A program made the position numbers and the translations under genes. The notes under the pieces were generated by a model. It saw nothing but the letters and a program-made list of their open reading frames with translations, had not been told where the DNA came from and searched no databases. A stretch of DNA of 64,000 nucleotides. Origin: an uncultured virus (IMG/VR IMGVR_UViG_3300025653_000029). Lineage: Duplodnaviria > Heunggongvirae > Uroviricota > Caudoviricetes. Below, piece after piece: positions 1-8,777 of the stretch (the stretch's first letter is position 1; each line of letters opens with the position of its first letter). The stretch lies in IMG/VR virus record IMGVR_UViG_3300025653_000029; one strand, written 5' to 3'.

Positions 1-759
1 GCTGTAGGGCCAAACAGTGCTAACGTTATTTATTCTACTGATGGAGTATCTTGGCAGTTAAGTAATGACGTAGATAATAGGTTAATAAACACTTATTCTG
101 ATAAGTACATGGCTTTTAACGGATCTGATAAATACCTTATTGCTTCAAGCCAACAAAGTCAAGGAGCACTGTCAACTGACGGCATTACCTGGACGTATTT
201 GGCTACACCAGTGGGCACTTATTCAGTAGGATATGGTCACGATAGATTTGTAATTGTAAATAAAGATAATAATAGTAGCCAAGTACGTTATTCTACTAAT
301 GGATCATCCTGGAGTAGTGTAACTCCAGTGAGTGGTCTTTATTATCATATTCATGGGTTTGCTTTTGATTCATCTGCAAATATTATGGTTGGAGTAGGAA
401 AGCGAGCTTCTAATTATGGAAGCCTACTATTGTCTACTGATGGCACAACATGGACAACAGGAACTATGCCAGCTTTAGGAGATATAACAAATATTACATA
501 TAATTCTGTAGCATTTGGAAATGGCAATTTTGTTGCTGTAGGAACATCTGGGACTTCTGCGTATTCGACAGATGGTACTACTTGGACTAGCGTTACTATG
601 CCATCTTATGGATCATGGACTGGAATTACATATACTGATAATAAGTTTATTGCTATATCTACTGACACATCAGATGCAGCAACATCAACAGACGGGTCTA
701 CCTGGACGATCAGGTCTTTGCCGACTAGTAGCAACTGGAACTTTATTATTGGCAAATAA
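1..759 (+). CDS. 5'-truncated Asp-box/BNR-repeat beta-propeller protein, probably virion or tail-fibre associated
   Basis: Frame 1 is open from base 1 (AVGPNSANVIYSTDGVSW...). Six S-T-[DN]-G-x-[ST]-W repeats. Confidence 0.65.
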   Translation, partial: AVGPNSANVIYSTDGVSWQLSNDVDNRLINTYSDKYMAFNGSDKYLIASSQQSQGALSTDGITWTYLATPVGTYSVGYGHDRFVIVNKDNNSSQVRYSTNGSSWSSVTPVSGLYYHIHGFAFDSSANIMVGVGKRASNYGSLLLSTDGTTWTTGTMPALGDITNITYNSVAFGNGNFVAVGTSGTSAYSTDGTTWTSVTMPSYGSWTGITYTDNKFIAISTDTSDAATSTDGSTWTIRSLPTSSNWNFIIGK

Positions 760-810
760 AGTATGTGGTAAAATATATGTTAGCAATAGACACTATAAAA
801 AGGAAAAAAA

Positions 811-1470
811 ATGGAACATTATAATGTTTTAATCGCTACCCCAGGATCAATGATGGAAGCAGACTATGTAAAAAGTCTAGTTAATACTTTAGAAGAATGT
901 TCTAATAGAGGAATAACCTATAAATTTTTAAATTCATATGCCTCTCTAGTTTATAATGCTAGAGAACTAACTATGACAGGATATGATTCTAGACAATTGG
1001 ACCCAAACGATAAGGGTCCATTAAAAGACAGGGTATCTTATGATAAAATATTTTGGATTGATTCAGATATCTCATGGGAGCCTTGGCAATTTTTTAGACT
1101 ATACGAATCAGAACATGATGTTATAACTGGTGCATATCTATTGGCAGATTGCATTACTACAAGTGTACATGGTTGGGGAACAGCAACACATATTCCTAAA
1201 TCAGAAATTATGCAAATGTCGGGAGAAACGACTGTTCAAAGTGCTGGATTTGGTTTCATAACAATGAAATCTGGAGTATTTGAAAAAATAAATCGGCCAT
1301 GGTTTAAGCATTATACTCAAACTTTAAAAAAAGAAGATGGCTCAGAGCTAGAAATGGTTTTAGGAGAAGATATATCTTGGTGTATTGATGCATATAAGCT
1401 AGGTATAAAGATATATTTCGACCCAGAAGTTTTAGTAAAACACACTAAAAAAATACCAATTACATGGTAA
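811..1470 (+). CDS. GT-A fold glycosyltransferase-like protein
   Basis: N-terminal VLIATP strand, 'SLVYNARE', DxD motif 'WIDSDISW', 'GEDISWC' and C-terminal 'VKH'. AAGGA RBS upstream. Confidence 0.65.
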   Translation: MEHYNVLIATPGSMMEADYVKSLVNTLEECSNRGITYKFLNSYASLVYNARELTMTGYDSRQLDPNDKGPLKDRVSYDKIFWIDSDISWEPWQFFRLYESEHDVITGAYLLADCITTSVHGWGTATHIPKSEIMQMSGETTVQSAGFGFITMKSGVFEKINRPWFKHYTQTLKKEDGSELEMVLGEDISWCIDAYKLGIKIYFDPEVLVKHTKKIPITW

Positions 1471-1490
1471 AATATTAAAAGGAGGAAATA

Positions 1491-1802
1491 ATGACAAACA
1501 CATATACAATTCAACCAGAGGAACCATACACTGTTGAGGTTTTTTATAATGGATCTGATGTTCCAGGACTAAGACAACCGCATTGGCCAAATGGTGAGCC
1601 TTGGGCAAGTGCACAAGAAGCCGAAGAATGGACTCTTCAATTTATTGAAGCATTAGAAGATATCGAAGCTCCATTTGCACCTAGTGGTCCAGGTGAGCCA
1701 AGACTTCCTAAGCCTGAGCCTGCACCCGAACTTGATCCTGAGCTTGAACTTGACCCAGCTCTTGAACTTGATCCTGCAATTGAACCCGATATCCAGCCAT
1801 AA
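1491..1802 (+). CDS. hypothetical protein with Pro/Glu-rich repeated tail
   Basis: AGGAGG RBS; QPHWPNGEPW motif; ELDPxL x3 at the C-terminus. Confidence 0.6.
   Translation: MTNTYTIQPEEPYTVEVFYNGSDVPGLRQPHWPNGEPWASAQEAEEWTLQFIEALEDIEAPFAPSGPGEPRLPKPEPAPELDPELELDPALELDPAIEPDIQP
1728..1781 (+). repeat. 18-bp in-frame tandem repeat x3 (GAACTTGAYCCNG...)
   Basis: gaacttgatcctgagctt / gaacttgacccagctctt / gaacttgatcctgcaatt. Confidence 0.8.
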
Positions 1803-1848
1803 TATATAAAAAAATTTTTTTTTTATAAGAAATAAAAATTGGAGCATT

Positions 1849-2790
1849 ATGACAGAAGATTTCTTTGCTTGGAATAATAGTTATATAGGAGGAACAGAAG
1901 TTGCATTAAAATGGTTTCATAAAAATGTATTGCCAGAAATGAAAAATTTAAAAAACTATAGATGCATATCTGTTCCTGGAAAGCCTACTATACTAGAAAA
2001 TGTTTTAGATAATAGTAAAAAAAATATTTTATGGCTTCATCTAACACCAAATCAAGTAGACGATAATGGAATGAATGTTTTACAAATGACTGATTTTAAA
2101 AAAACACTTCATAAAGTTATTGCTATTTCTAATTTTCATAAAAAAAGAATAGTGTCAGAAATGTCATTAGATCCAAAAATGGTTGAAGTTATTGAATATC
2201 CAATTGATGAAGATATAACATTTGATTTTTCAAAGTTTGACAATGTAAAGAAGCCAAAAATCATTCATGCATCACAATCAATAAGAGGGCTAGAAATTCT
2301 TTTAAGAGTATTTGAAACTTTAGACGAGGACATTGAGCTAAACATATATAATGATTTTTACCCTGAACAAAATTATAGTCCAGCACTTGATAAAATAATG
2401 AAAGATGAAAGAATTACATTCTACGGAAAAACTCCAAGAGTTACTTTTTTAAAGGAGCTATCTAAGTCACATATACATGCATATCCTTCAATTTTTGATG
2501 AAACGAGCTGTCTTGTTCAAGCAGAAGCAATGCTTTCAGGAAATCTATGCGTTTATAGTAATTATGGGTCGCTCCCAGAAACTTCTCTTGGTCATGGAAT
2601 AGTCTCTGACTTTTTATCTATGTTAACAATAGATGAAATAGCTGAAGACTATAAAGAAAAACTAATTGAATCTATTAATATAATTAAAAACGGTAAATTC
2701 GATCCATCCCAGCAAGTAAGCGATATAAGAGAAAAAAGAAATAAGGAAAAAATTATGCAAAAATGGCTTGATTTTGATAAAGAGTTATAA
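1849..2790 (+). CDS. GT-B fold (GT4-like) glycosyltransferase
   Basis: 'GGTE' at the N-terminus, 'ISNFHK', 'RGLEILL', 'YPSIFDETSCLVQAEAM', 'GSLPET'. Confidence 0.8.
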   Translation: MTEDFFAWNNSYIGGTEVALKWFHKNVLPEMKNLKNYRCISVPGKPTILENVLDNSKKNILWLHLTPNQVDDNGMNVLQMTDFKKTLHKVIAISNFHKKRIVSEMSLDPKMVEVIEYPIDEDITFDFSKFDNVKKPKIIHASQSIRGLEILLRVFETLDEDIELNIYNDFYPEQNYSPALDKIMKDERITFYGKTPRVTFLKELSKSHIHAYPSIFDETSCLVQAEAMLSGNLCVYSNYGSLPETSLGHGIVSDFLSMLTIDEIAEDYKEKLIESINIIKNGKFDPSQQVSDIREKRNKEKIMQKWLDFDKEL

Positions 2791-2822
2791 ATATTGCCAT
2801 GTCATGATAAAATTGTATTAGG

Positions 2823-5800
2823 ATGATTACCAATTCTAATCTATATGCTGAAAGAGTTTTTGCTGAGCACCCCCTTTCTCTATGGCCTCTAGATGATAAT
2901 ATATCTTTTTTACAACTATTTTCAGATGCACAACAAAATTTATCAGACAATACATACTGGTCAACTTCTAATTTAGCACAACAAGATCCAAGAGAGTATT
3001 CTGAAACTCCTATTCCTGGTAGTACATCTTCTCGTTTTACACTTAATTCGTCAAATTCATATGTTGCTGAAATAACAAGCAACTTTACATTAAATAGTAC
3101 AGACGACTTTGATATATCTAAAAATAGTGGATGTTTTTCTGCACACGTTTACCAGGAGTCTATTTTTATTGACTCCTTTGAAATTGGCGTATCATATGGG
3201 TCTGTAGAGGACACCAGCAGCTTTTCTTTCGATACTGATGTTGGTTGGCACAGTATTCTTCATACCTTTGATTTGCCTGAAAATGAAGAACTAACTTTTT
3301 TTATTAGAATTACATTTTCTGATTCAGGATATGTTTCAGATTTTGTTACACAAATAAATGGCGTATCTTTAGGCCAATGGTCAGAACAATATATTGTTAG
3401 TTCAATTGGAATTAATTCAATAGATTTACCTTATGAAGTTGAAAACCTTATAACTTCTGGATCTGCATATAATGCAATAACAGTTGATGCTTATGGACTA
3501 GATACAGAAATAAATGGCTACTACTTAGTTAAAGACAATAAAATTTATGCTCAGAATTTTGGAATACCCCTTGTTTTTGGTTCAAACCATACAACAAAAA
3601 TATTTGAAGCACCAGACAACAACCCATCAATTATAATGCCAGGTCTTGGATTCTTAAACGACTCTGGAAAATATAATAACTATACCCTTGAGGCATGGGT
3701 AAGAATGGAAAATGTTGGTGCAAATCCAATTAAAATTATTGGTGCGGTAAAATCAAGTGACGGAGTTTATGTTGAAGAAGGATTCATAACTTTAAGAATA
3801 GGACCATATTTTAAATCATATTATGTTGGCAAATGGTATAGACCAATGTTGTTGCACTTTAAATACTCTCAGTCTGAAGCTACTTTATTGATCAATGGAG
3901 AACAAGTAATAACAATGCCAATTGATATAAGCAACATTGTTTTTGCAACACAAGAAGATGAAATAGGCAATAATCAAGACTGGATAGGAATATATGGTAG
4001 CGATTTTATTCAGCCCTTTGAAATTGATTGCGTTTCTATTTATCCGTATTTAGTACCAATAGAGATGGCAAAAAAAAGGTTTGTATATGGTCAAGGAGTT
4101 AAAGAGGTAAATTTATCAAACGATATTTATTCTACAAATTCATATGTTTTTGACTATTCATTTGCAAACTATGCAGCGAATTCTTTATACCCAGATATTA
4201 GTCCATGGAGAAGTGGTTTCGCTAATAATTTAGATGCAACATCTACTCATTTAACAACTCCAAATTATCAGCTACCAGAAGTTCAGCTAAAAAGAAATTC
4301 ACGCTTCCTTGATGTGTTTGAGTGGTATGCAGAAAATAAAACTGCTAATGATATAGACAGTGATCAATATACATACATAACAATGAAGCCACTATATGAA
4401 AGAGAAAGATTCTTAAGGTGGTCAGAAGTTTATAATAATGGAACTGTTGATTGGTCAAGCATAACAAACGATAATTGGTATAATGCAACAAATGAATTCT
4501 TTGTAAATGAAAATATTTTATACTCAGATGTTAGTATCTATTACGATAATATAAATATACTTGATCAAAACTTAGAGTCTGTATCGGGGGTATTTAGATC
4601 GCCAGATTCTGCCATTATTTTGCAGCCTCTTTTATATTTTAGAAATAAAGTAACAAATGAAGCAATATCTATTGAGCTAGATTTAAATTGGCTAAAATAT
4701 ATTTATATTTCTTCTGCTGGAGATCAAACAGTCTTACATATTGAAAAAATAGAAGATGCAGAATATTTTGTTGCTGGAATAAATATAAAAAAGTTACAAA
4801 TAGATAAATATTCAATTATTGGAAGCTTCTTTTCTTCATTAAATAATATATCATTAAATATCGGTGGATATTTAGATAGGTCATTTGGTGGAAGAATTTA
4901 TGCTATTCACTTTAATAATGAATTCTTTTTTGAAAAAGATATCTCGAAATATTTTATTGGATCATTTATAGCACAGAGAACTGAAACAGAAAATGTCTCA
5001 GGATCACTTATAGAGTATACAGCAAATTACTCATTGATTCCAAGCGAGAAAGACTATATAGTTGATTTAGATATTGGTGTGACAGGATACTGGGAAGACT
5101 TTCAGCCTCTGTCTTTTTTTGGTAAATATGTCACTAATGAATTAAACGAGACATATTATGATTTAGATATGATTCAATTTAATTTTGATATACCTAAAAA
5201 AGCTGAAGTAAACGAATATTTAAAGGGATATTTAAGTTATGCATCAATAGATCTTTTATATTCATCATATTCTCAACTTCATTTTTCTGGACTTACTTAT
5301 GCAGACTTTTCTAACATACTTGTTTCTGGATATACCAGATATCAAGAACTAAAAGATGCTTCATCTTCATTAGAATCAAGTACTTCATACGATACATCTG
5401 TAAACGCCTATCTTTCTTTTCAAACTAAGTCTGAGGTTGGAAATAAGCCATACTCAGACTTTATAAATACAGAAGCTGTGTCTTATAACAACGTGGTAGA
5501 GTTTGATAGATCTGCTTATACAAACACTAAGTATGAAATATTAGATAATAGTGTTATTTTACCGCCAAAAACACCAGACTTTAAAGATTATTATTTAGGA
5601 ATACACCTAGAAATAAAAGTAAGAGGAATACTTTATAAGAATTTACTACTAAGAAGAATGGAATTATCGTCAATAGCATTTGACAACTCATCTGGGTACC
5701 CTGTTGGAACAAAATACTCAAATGATGTTTACCCTTTTACAAGAGAAAACTATTTATTTAATTATAAAAAACAAAATCCATTTACAATATACAAGGATAC

Positions 5801-6581
5801 TTCTCCATACTTATACCTAACAGAATATTCTGGAATATTTGTAAAACCTTTTAATTCAGAATATGAGCGTGGAATATTGGTTCCTATTAATAAAGAAAAA
5901 CAATCAGATTATAAAGTTGGCGGAATTCAGTTTTGGACAAGGTACCCAATAACAGAGTTTCCAGACATTCCATTTAAAGTTGCAAAAATTAAAAGTGACA
6001 ATGTAGACATAGACCTTTATTTAAATCCAGAATCAAGTGGTAAAAGAGCAAAACTTATTGCTTATGATTATAAAACTGGAAAAGAATATAATAACTTTAT
6101 ATTCTTCCAAGATTCTGAAATAGTTAACAATCCAATTATTTATCCGCGTCAATGGACTGCAATAAATATTGCTTTCCCCGATCCAATAGAATTTGACAAT
6201 ATAACTGGAAGAATAGAGCTATATTCTGGTATGGTATTCAATAACATTGGTGAATATAAATATTCACAACCGCCAAATCAAGAATCAAAAGCTTACCTTA
6301 AAAAATGGTGGCAGCTAATTTCTAATGCAGGAAATAATTTTATTAATAATTGGCAAGACTTTGTTAGGCCAAGCGGAGCAGAACAAGATTTAACATGGGA
6401 GGACGCATCAATTATTTTTGTTCCAAATCAATACATAATAAATGGATCAAACGAGTACAATAATCAAGTTGGTCTTTCTATTTCTGTAACAGAAGATATT
6501 TCTTCTATATCGGTCTACTCTAATGGAGTAGATACATTTACCGATGTTCAATGGGAAATTGTTGAGGGATCTCCAATATAG
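2823..6581 (+). CDS. large virion structural protein with LamG/concanavalin-like domains
   Basis: 1252 aa, beta-rich. 'YAERVFAEHPLSLWPLDD' start and 'YTLEAWVR...LLINGEQV' LamG-like signature. Confidence 0.55.
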   Translation: MITNSNLYAERVFAEHPLSLWPLDDNISFLQLFSDAQQNLSDNTYWSTSNLAQQDPREYSETPIPGSTSSRFTLNSSNSYVAEITSNFTLNSTDDFDISKNSGCFSAHVYQESIFIDSFEIGVSYGSVEDTSSFSFDTDVGWHSILHTFDLPENEELTFFIRITFSDSGYVSDFVTQINGVSLGQWSEQYIVSSIGINSIDLPYEVENLITSGSAYNAITVDAYGLDTEINGYYLVKDNKIYAQNFGIPLVFGSNHTTKIFEAPDNNPSIIMPGLGFLNDSGKYNNYTLEAWVRMENVGANPIKIIGAVKSSDGVYVEEGFITLRIGPYFKSYYVGKWYRPMLLHFKYSQSEATLLINGEQVITMPIDISNIVFATQEDEIGNNQDWIGIYGSDFIQPFEIDCVSIYPYLVPIEMAKKRFVYGQGVKEVNLSNDIYSTNSYVFDYSFANYAANSLYPDISPWRSGFANNLDATSTHLTTPNYQLPEVQLKRNSRFLDVFEWYAENKTANDIDSDQYTYITMKPLYERERFLRWSEVYNNGTVDWSSITNDNWYNATNEFFVNENILYSDVSIYYDNINILDQNLESVSGVFRSPDSAIILQPLLYFRNKVTNEAISIELDLNWLKYIYISSAGDQTVLHIEKIEDAEYFVAGINIKKLQIDKYSIIGSFFSSLNNISLNIGGYLDRSFGGRIYAIHFNNEFFFEKDISKYFIGSFIAQRTETENVSGSLIEYTANYSLIPSEKDYIVDLDIGVTGYWEDFQPLSFFGKYVTNELNETYYDLDMIQFNFDIPKKAEVNEYLKGYLSYASIDLLYSSYSQLHFSGLTYADFSNILVSGYTRYQELKDASSSLESSTSYDTSVNAYLSFQTKSEVGNKPYSDFINTEAVSYNNVVEFDRSAYTNTKYEILDNSVILPPKTPDFKDYYLGIHLEIKVRGILYKNLLLRRMELSSIAFDNSSGYPVGTKYSNDVYPFTRENYLFNYKKQNPFTIYKDTSPYLYLTEYSGIFVKPFNSEYERGILVPINKEKQSDYKVGGIQFWTRYPITEFPDIPFKVAKIKSDNVDIDLYLNPESSGKRAKLIAYDYKTGKEYNNFIFFQDSEIVNNPIIYPRQWTAINIAFPDPIEFDNITGRIELYSGMVFNNIGEYKYSQPPNQESKAYLKKWWQLISNAGNNFINNWQDFVRPSGAEQDLTWEDASIIFVPNQYIINGSNEYNNQVGLSISVTEDISSISVYSNGVDTFTDVQWEIVEGSPI

Positions 6582-6607
6582 ACATTTTTATTTTTTTGTA
6601 GTAGAAT
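6579..6607 (+). promoter_or_regulatory. sigma70/SigA-type promoter
   Basis: TAGACA-17 bp-TAGAAT upstream of the ORF at 6629. Confidence 0.6.
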
Positions 6608-6628
6608 ACCTATGACGAATAGGAAATT

Positions 6629-7720
6629 ATGGCAAAACCAACAGTATCTTTTTTAACATATGACTTTACTTTAGGCAGTAATCCAGTAGAACCAAATGGG
6701 TGCGCCTGGTACAGATGCTACCTTCCAATGAAAGAGCTTGAAAAAAATGGATGGGATGTAGGAATTGGATTCCCTGGATGGAATGAAGACCATGGATTTG
6801 GATTATTGGTTCCAGACAACAAGGCTATTCATGGTTGGGATGTTATTGTATTAAAACTAATTATGCTTGAGTCTATTGCTAGCAAAATAAATGAGGCAAA
6901 AAAACTAGGACAAAAAATAGCGGTGGATATTGATGACTGGTTTGAAGGATTATCAAAATCAAACCTTGCTCATAAAATGACAGACCCAGAAGTAAATCCT
7001 CGTAATAATCGTGAGCATTATATGTATATCATTGAAAATGCAGATGCAATTATTACCTCTACCCCATTCCTATATGATTTTTATAAGAATGAAAAAGGAT
7101 ATAAAAACGTATACATGGTTCGTAATGGTATAGATTTGGATAGATGGACGCAAAGAAAAGACCACTCACGATGGCTGCCGCAATTTGGTTGGGTTGGTGC
7201 AACTCCATGGAGATCTAATGACCTTGAACAATTATCTCCGTGGTTTGGAAATTTCTTAGAAAAAAATCATTTAACATTTCATCATTCTGGAGCAATTAAA
7301 AATGCAAAAGAGGCTAGGGACCAACTAGGAATTCCAAAAGCTGTTAAGTCAACAAAACAGGCTATGGAAAAAATTAGTAAGTATCCAAGTCTTTTTAGAA
7401 AAATTGATGTTGGCTTAGTTCCACTAAATGATGTTGGATTTAATCATGCAAAGTCTTCTATTAAAGGTTTGGAATATGCTGCTGCTGGTGTGCCTTTTAT
7501 AGCGTCCTGGAGTCCAGAGTACGAGCTTTTAGAGCAGCAAGGGGTAGGAAGGGTAGCAAGAAATCAAGAGGAATGGTTGCAACACTCTGAAGAACTTTTA
7601 AATCCCAATACAAGAAAAGAAGATGTAGAAAGAAATCTTGAGGGCATTAAAAAATACCAAACAATGGAAGTTCGTAGATCTGAATGGGATGAAGTAATTC
7701 ATCAAATTAAAGAGCAATAG
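6629..7720 (+). CDS. GT-B fold glycosyltransferase
   Basis: 'GCAWYRC', 'VDIDD', 'RNGID', 'GWVGA', 'DVGLVPL...FNHAKSSIKGLEYAAAGVPFIAS'. Confidence 0.8.
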   Translation: MAKPTVSFLTYDFTLGSNPVEPNGCAWYRCYLPMKELEKNGWDVGIGFPGWNEDHGFGLLVPDNKAIHGWDVIVLKLIMLESIASKINEAKKLGQKIAVDIDDWFEGLSKSNLAHKMTDPEVNPRNNREHYMYIIENADAIITSTPFLYDFYKNEKGYKNVYMVRNGIDLDRWTQRKDHSRWLPQFGWVGATPWRSNDLEQLSPWFGNFLEKNHLTFHHSGAIKNAKEARDQLGIPKAVKSTKQAMEKISKYPSLFRKIDVGLVPLNDVGFNHAKSSIKGLEYAAAGVPFIASWSPEYELLEQQGVGRVARNQEEWLQHSEELLNPNTRKEDVERNLEGIKKYQTMEVRRSEWDEVIHQIKEQ

Positions 7721-7723
7721 AAA

Positions 7724-7771
7724 AGCAGGGCAGAATGTTGCCACCTTTTGAATTAGGTTTTCTGCCCCGCT
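7724..7771. terminator. hairpin between convergent genes, probably a bidirectional terminator
   Basis: AGCAGGGCAGAA ... TTCTGCCCCGCT inverted repeat in the 7720/7779 gap. Confidence 0.65.
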
Positions 7772-7778
7772 AATCTAT

Positions 7779-8300
7779 TTAGTAACAGTTATGACCAGGA
7801 TAATACCAATGCTTCTTGCCACTACCATCTTGCCAAGCGGTGTAAAAAGCACGGTCTTGATAATACCTTGACCATTTATGAATTGGTTTATCAAATAAAG
7901 TCTTAATTTCAGCTGACAAACCATCTTTTGTTTTCTTGGATTCCTTTAACATCATCCAAACAAGCCCATCTCTCCATTGAGAGTCCAAGAATTGATAGGC
8001 TCCTCTTGCCGAGGATGACTTATTGGCGGCCCGATAAGAAAAACGGGATTCACGCTTCATAATACATTTACGAGAATTTTCCCATTTAGAATCGAACCAT
8101 TTACCGCGATACAAAGATGGCTCATAGCCCTTCATATCCTGTGCGGTATCAGACCTAGCATACTTATGCTCTTGGCTGATATACACGACTTTCGCCGTCG
8201 CGGTTATTGCAGATTTAGCATCGACCGCATCAGAGGCGTAGGCAGGGGTTGCAAATAACATCATCATTCCTACCAAACCTCCTATCAGTTTTGTTATCAT
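7779..8300 (-). CDS. secreted lysozyme-fold lytic transglycosylase (Rpf/SLT-like)
   Basis: Signal peptide ending 'PAYA'. Catalytic motif 'CIMKRES...AAN..SSARGAYQFLDSQW', then 'QDRAF...G.KHW'. AGGAGG RBS. Confidence 0.75.
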   Translation of the reverse strand: MITKLIGGLVGMMMLFATPAYASDAVDAKSAITATAKVVYISQEHKYARSDTAQDMKGYEPSLYRGKWFDSKWENSRKCIMKRESRFSYRAANKSSSARGAYQFLDSQWRDGLVWMMLKESKKTKDGLSAEIKTLFDKPIHKWSRYYQDRAFYTAWQDGSGKKHWYYPGHNCY

Positions 8301-8332
8301 CTGTTTCCTCCTGACGGTGACAACAGTTCATC

Positions 8333-8362
8333 TAGCATACATAATAAAAAAATGTATGTCAA
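8333..8362 (-). promoter_or_regulatory. near-consensus promoter for the transglycosylase gene, overlapped by an inverted repeat
   Basis: The minus strand reads TTGACA-17 bp-TATGCT. CATACAT-N9-ATGTATG palindrome spans the spacer. Confidence 0.7.
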
Positions 8363-8392
8363 ATGAAATAACAGAATTTATGAATGGAATGT

Positions 8393-8441
8393 GATCTATA
8401 TTATATATATTTATATATTATTAATATTTATATATTAGATC
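8393..8441. other. almost pure A/T imperfect palindrome (candidate DNA-unwinding element or origin)
   Basis: GATCTA-tattatatatatttatatattattaatatttatatat-TAGATC, intergenic. Confidence 0.4.
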
Positions 8442-8477
8442 TATTCCCTCCCTGACCACCCATCCATGGTATCTTGA

Positions 8478-8708
8478 TTACTTTATTTTGTCAATAGCTT
8501 TCTTGATTTTTTCTATTGTGTTTATTCCTGGGTAGACATTAACGCCCGACGCAAGATCATGAAAGTATACACGATCATCTTCATCTAGTCTAGGTATCAC
8601 CAGCCCCCCAAATTCACTTGTGTCACAGCCAGGTAGATCAAGTGGTTCGGCCTCACCTTTGTTTATCAAATCGTTATAAGTATGTACCTCTTGAATTGTT
8701 AGTTCCAT
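8478..8708 (-). CDS. hypothetical protein (76 aa, MELTIQEVHTY...)
   Basis: AAGGAGAG RBS before the ATG at 8708. The longer track ORF overlaps nrdJ antisense. Confidence 0.65.
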   Translation of the reverse strand: MELTIQEVHTYNDLINKGEAEPLDLPGCDTSEFGGLVIPRLDEDDRVYFHDLASGVNVYPGINTIEKIKKAIDKIK

Positions 8709-8709
8709 G

Positions 8710-8737
8710 TTGACTCTCCTTAAAATTCTGATAGAAT
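8710..8737 (+). promoter_or_regulatory. promoter for the ribonucleotide reductase gene
   Basis: TTGACT-16 bp-TAGAAT with an extended TG. Confidence 0.5.
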
Positions 8738-8777
8738 TATATCTTACTAATAAATCTATCAAAGGAAGTGTTTTTAA

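Noticed and set aside
1803..1830. A7-T10 run after the 1491 ORF as a phase-variation tract
   Set aside because: Intergenic and in a very AT-rich context; more simply a weak hairpin or terminator.
8300..8400. c-di-AMP (ydaO) riboswitch upstream of the Rpf-like gene
   Set aside because: The promoter lies only about 30 nt from the start codon, leaving no room, and no riboswitch consensus is visible.
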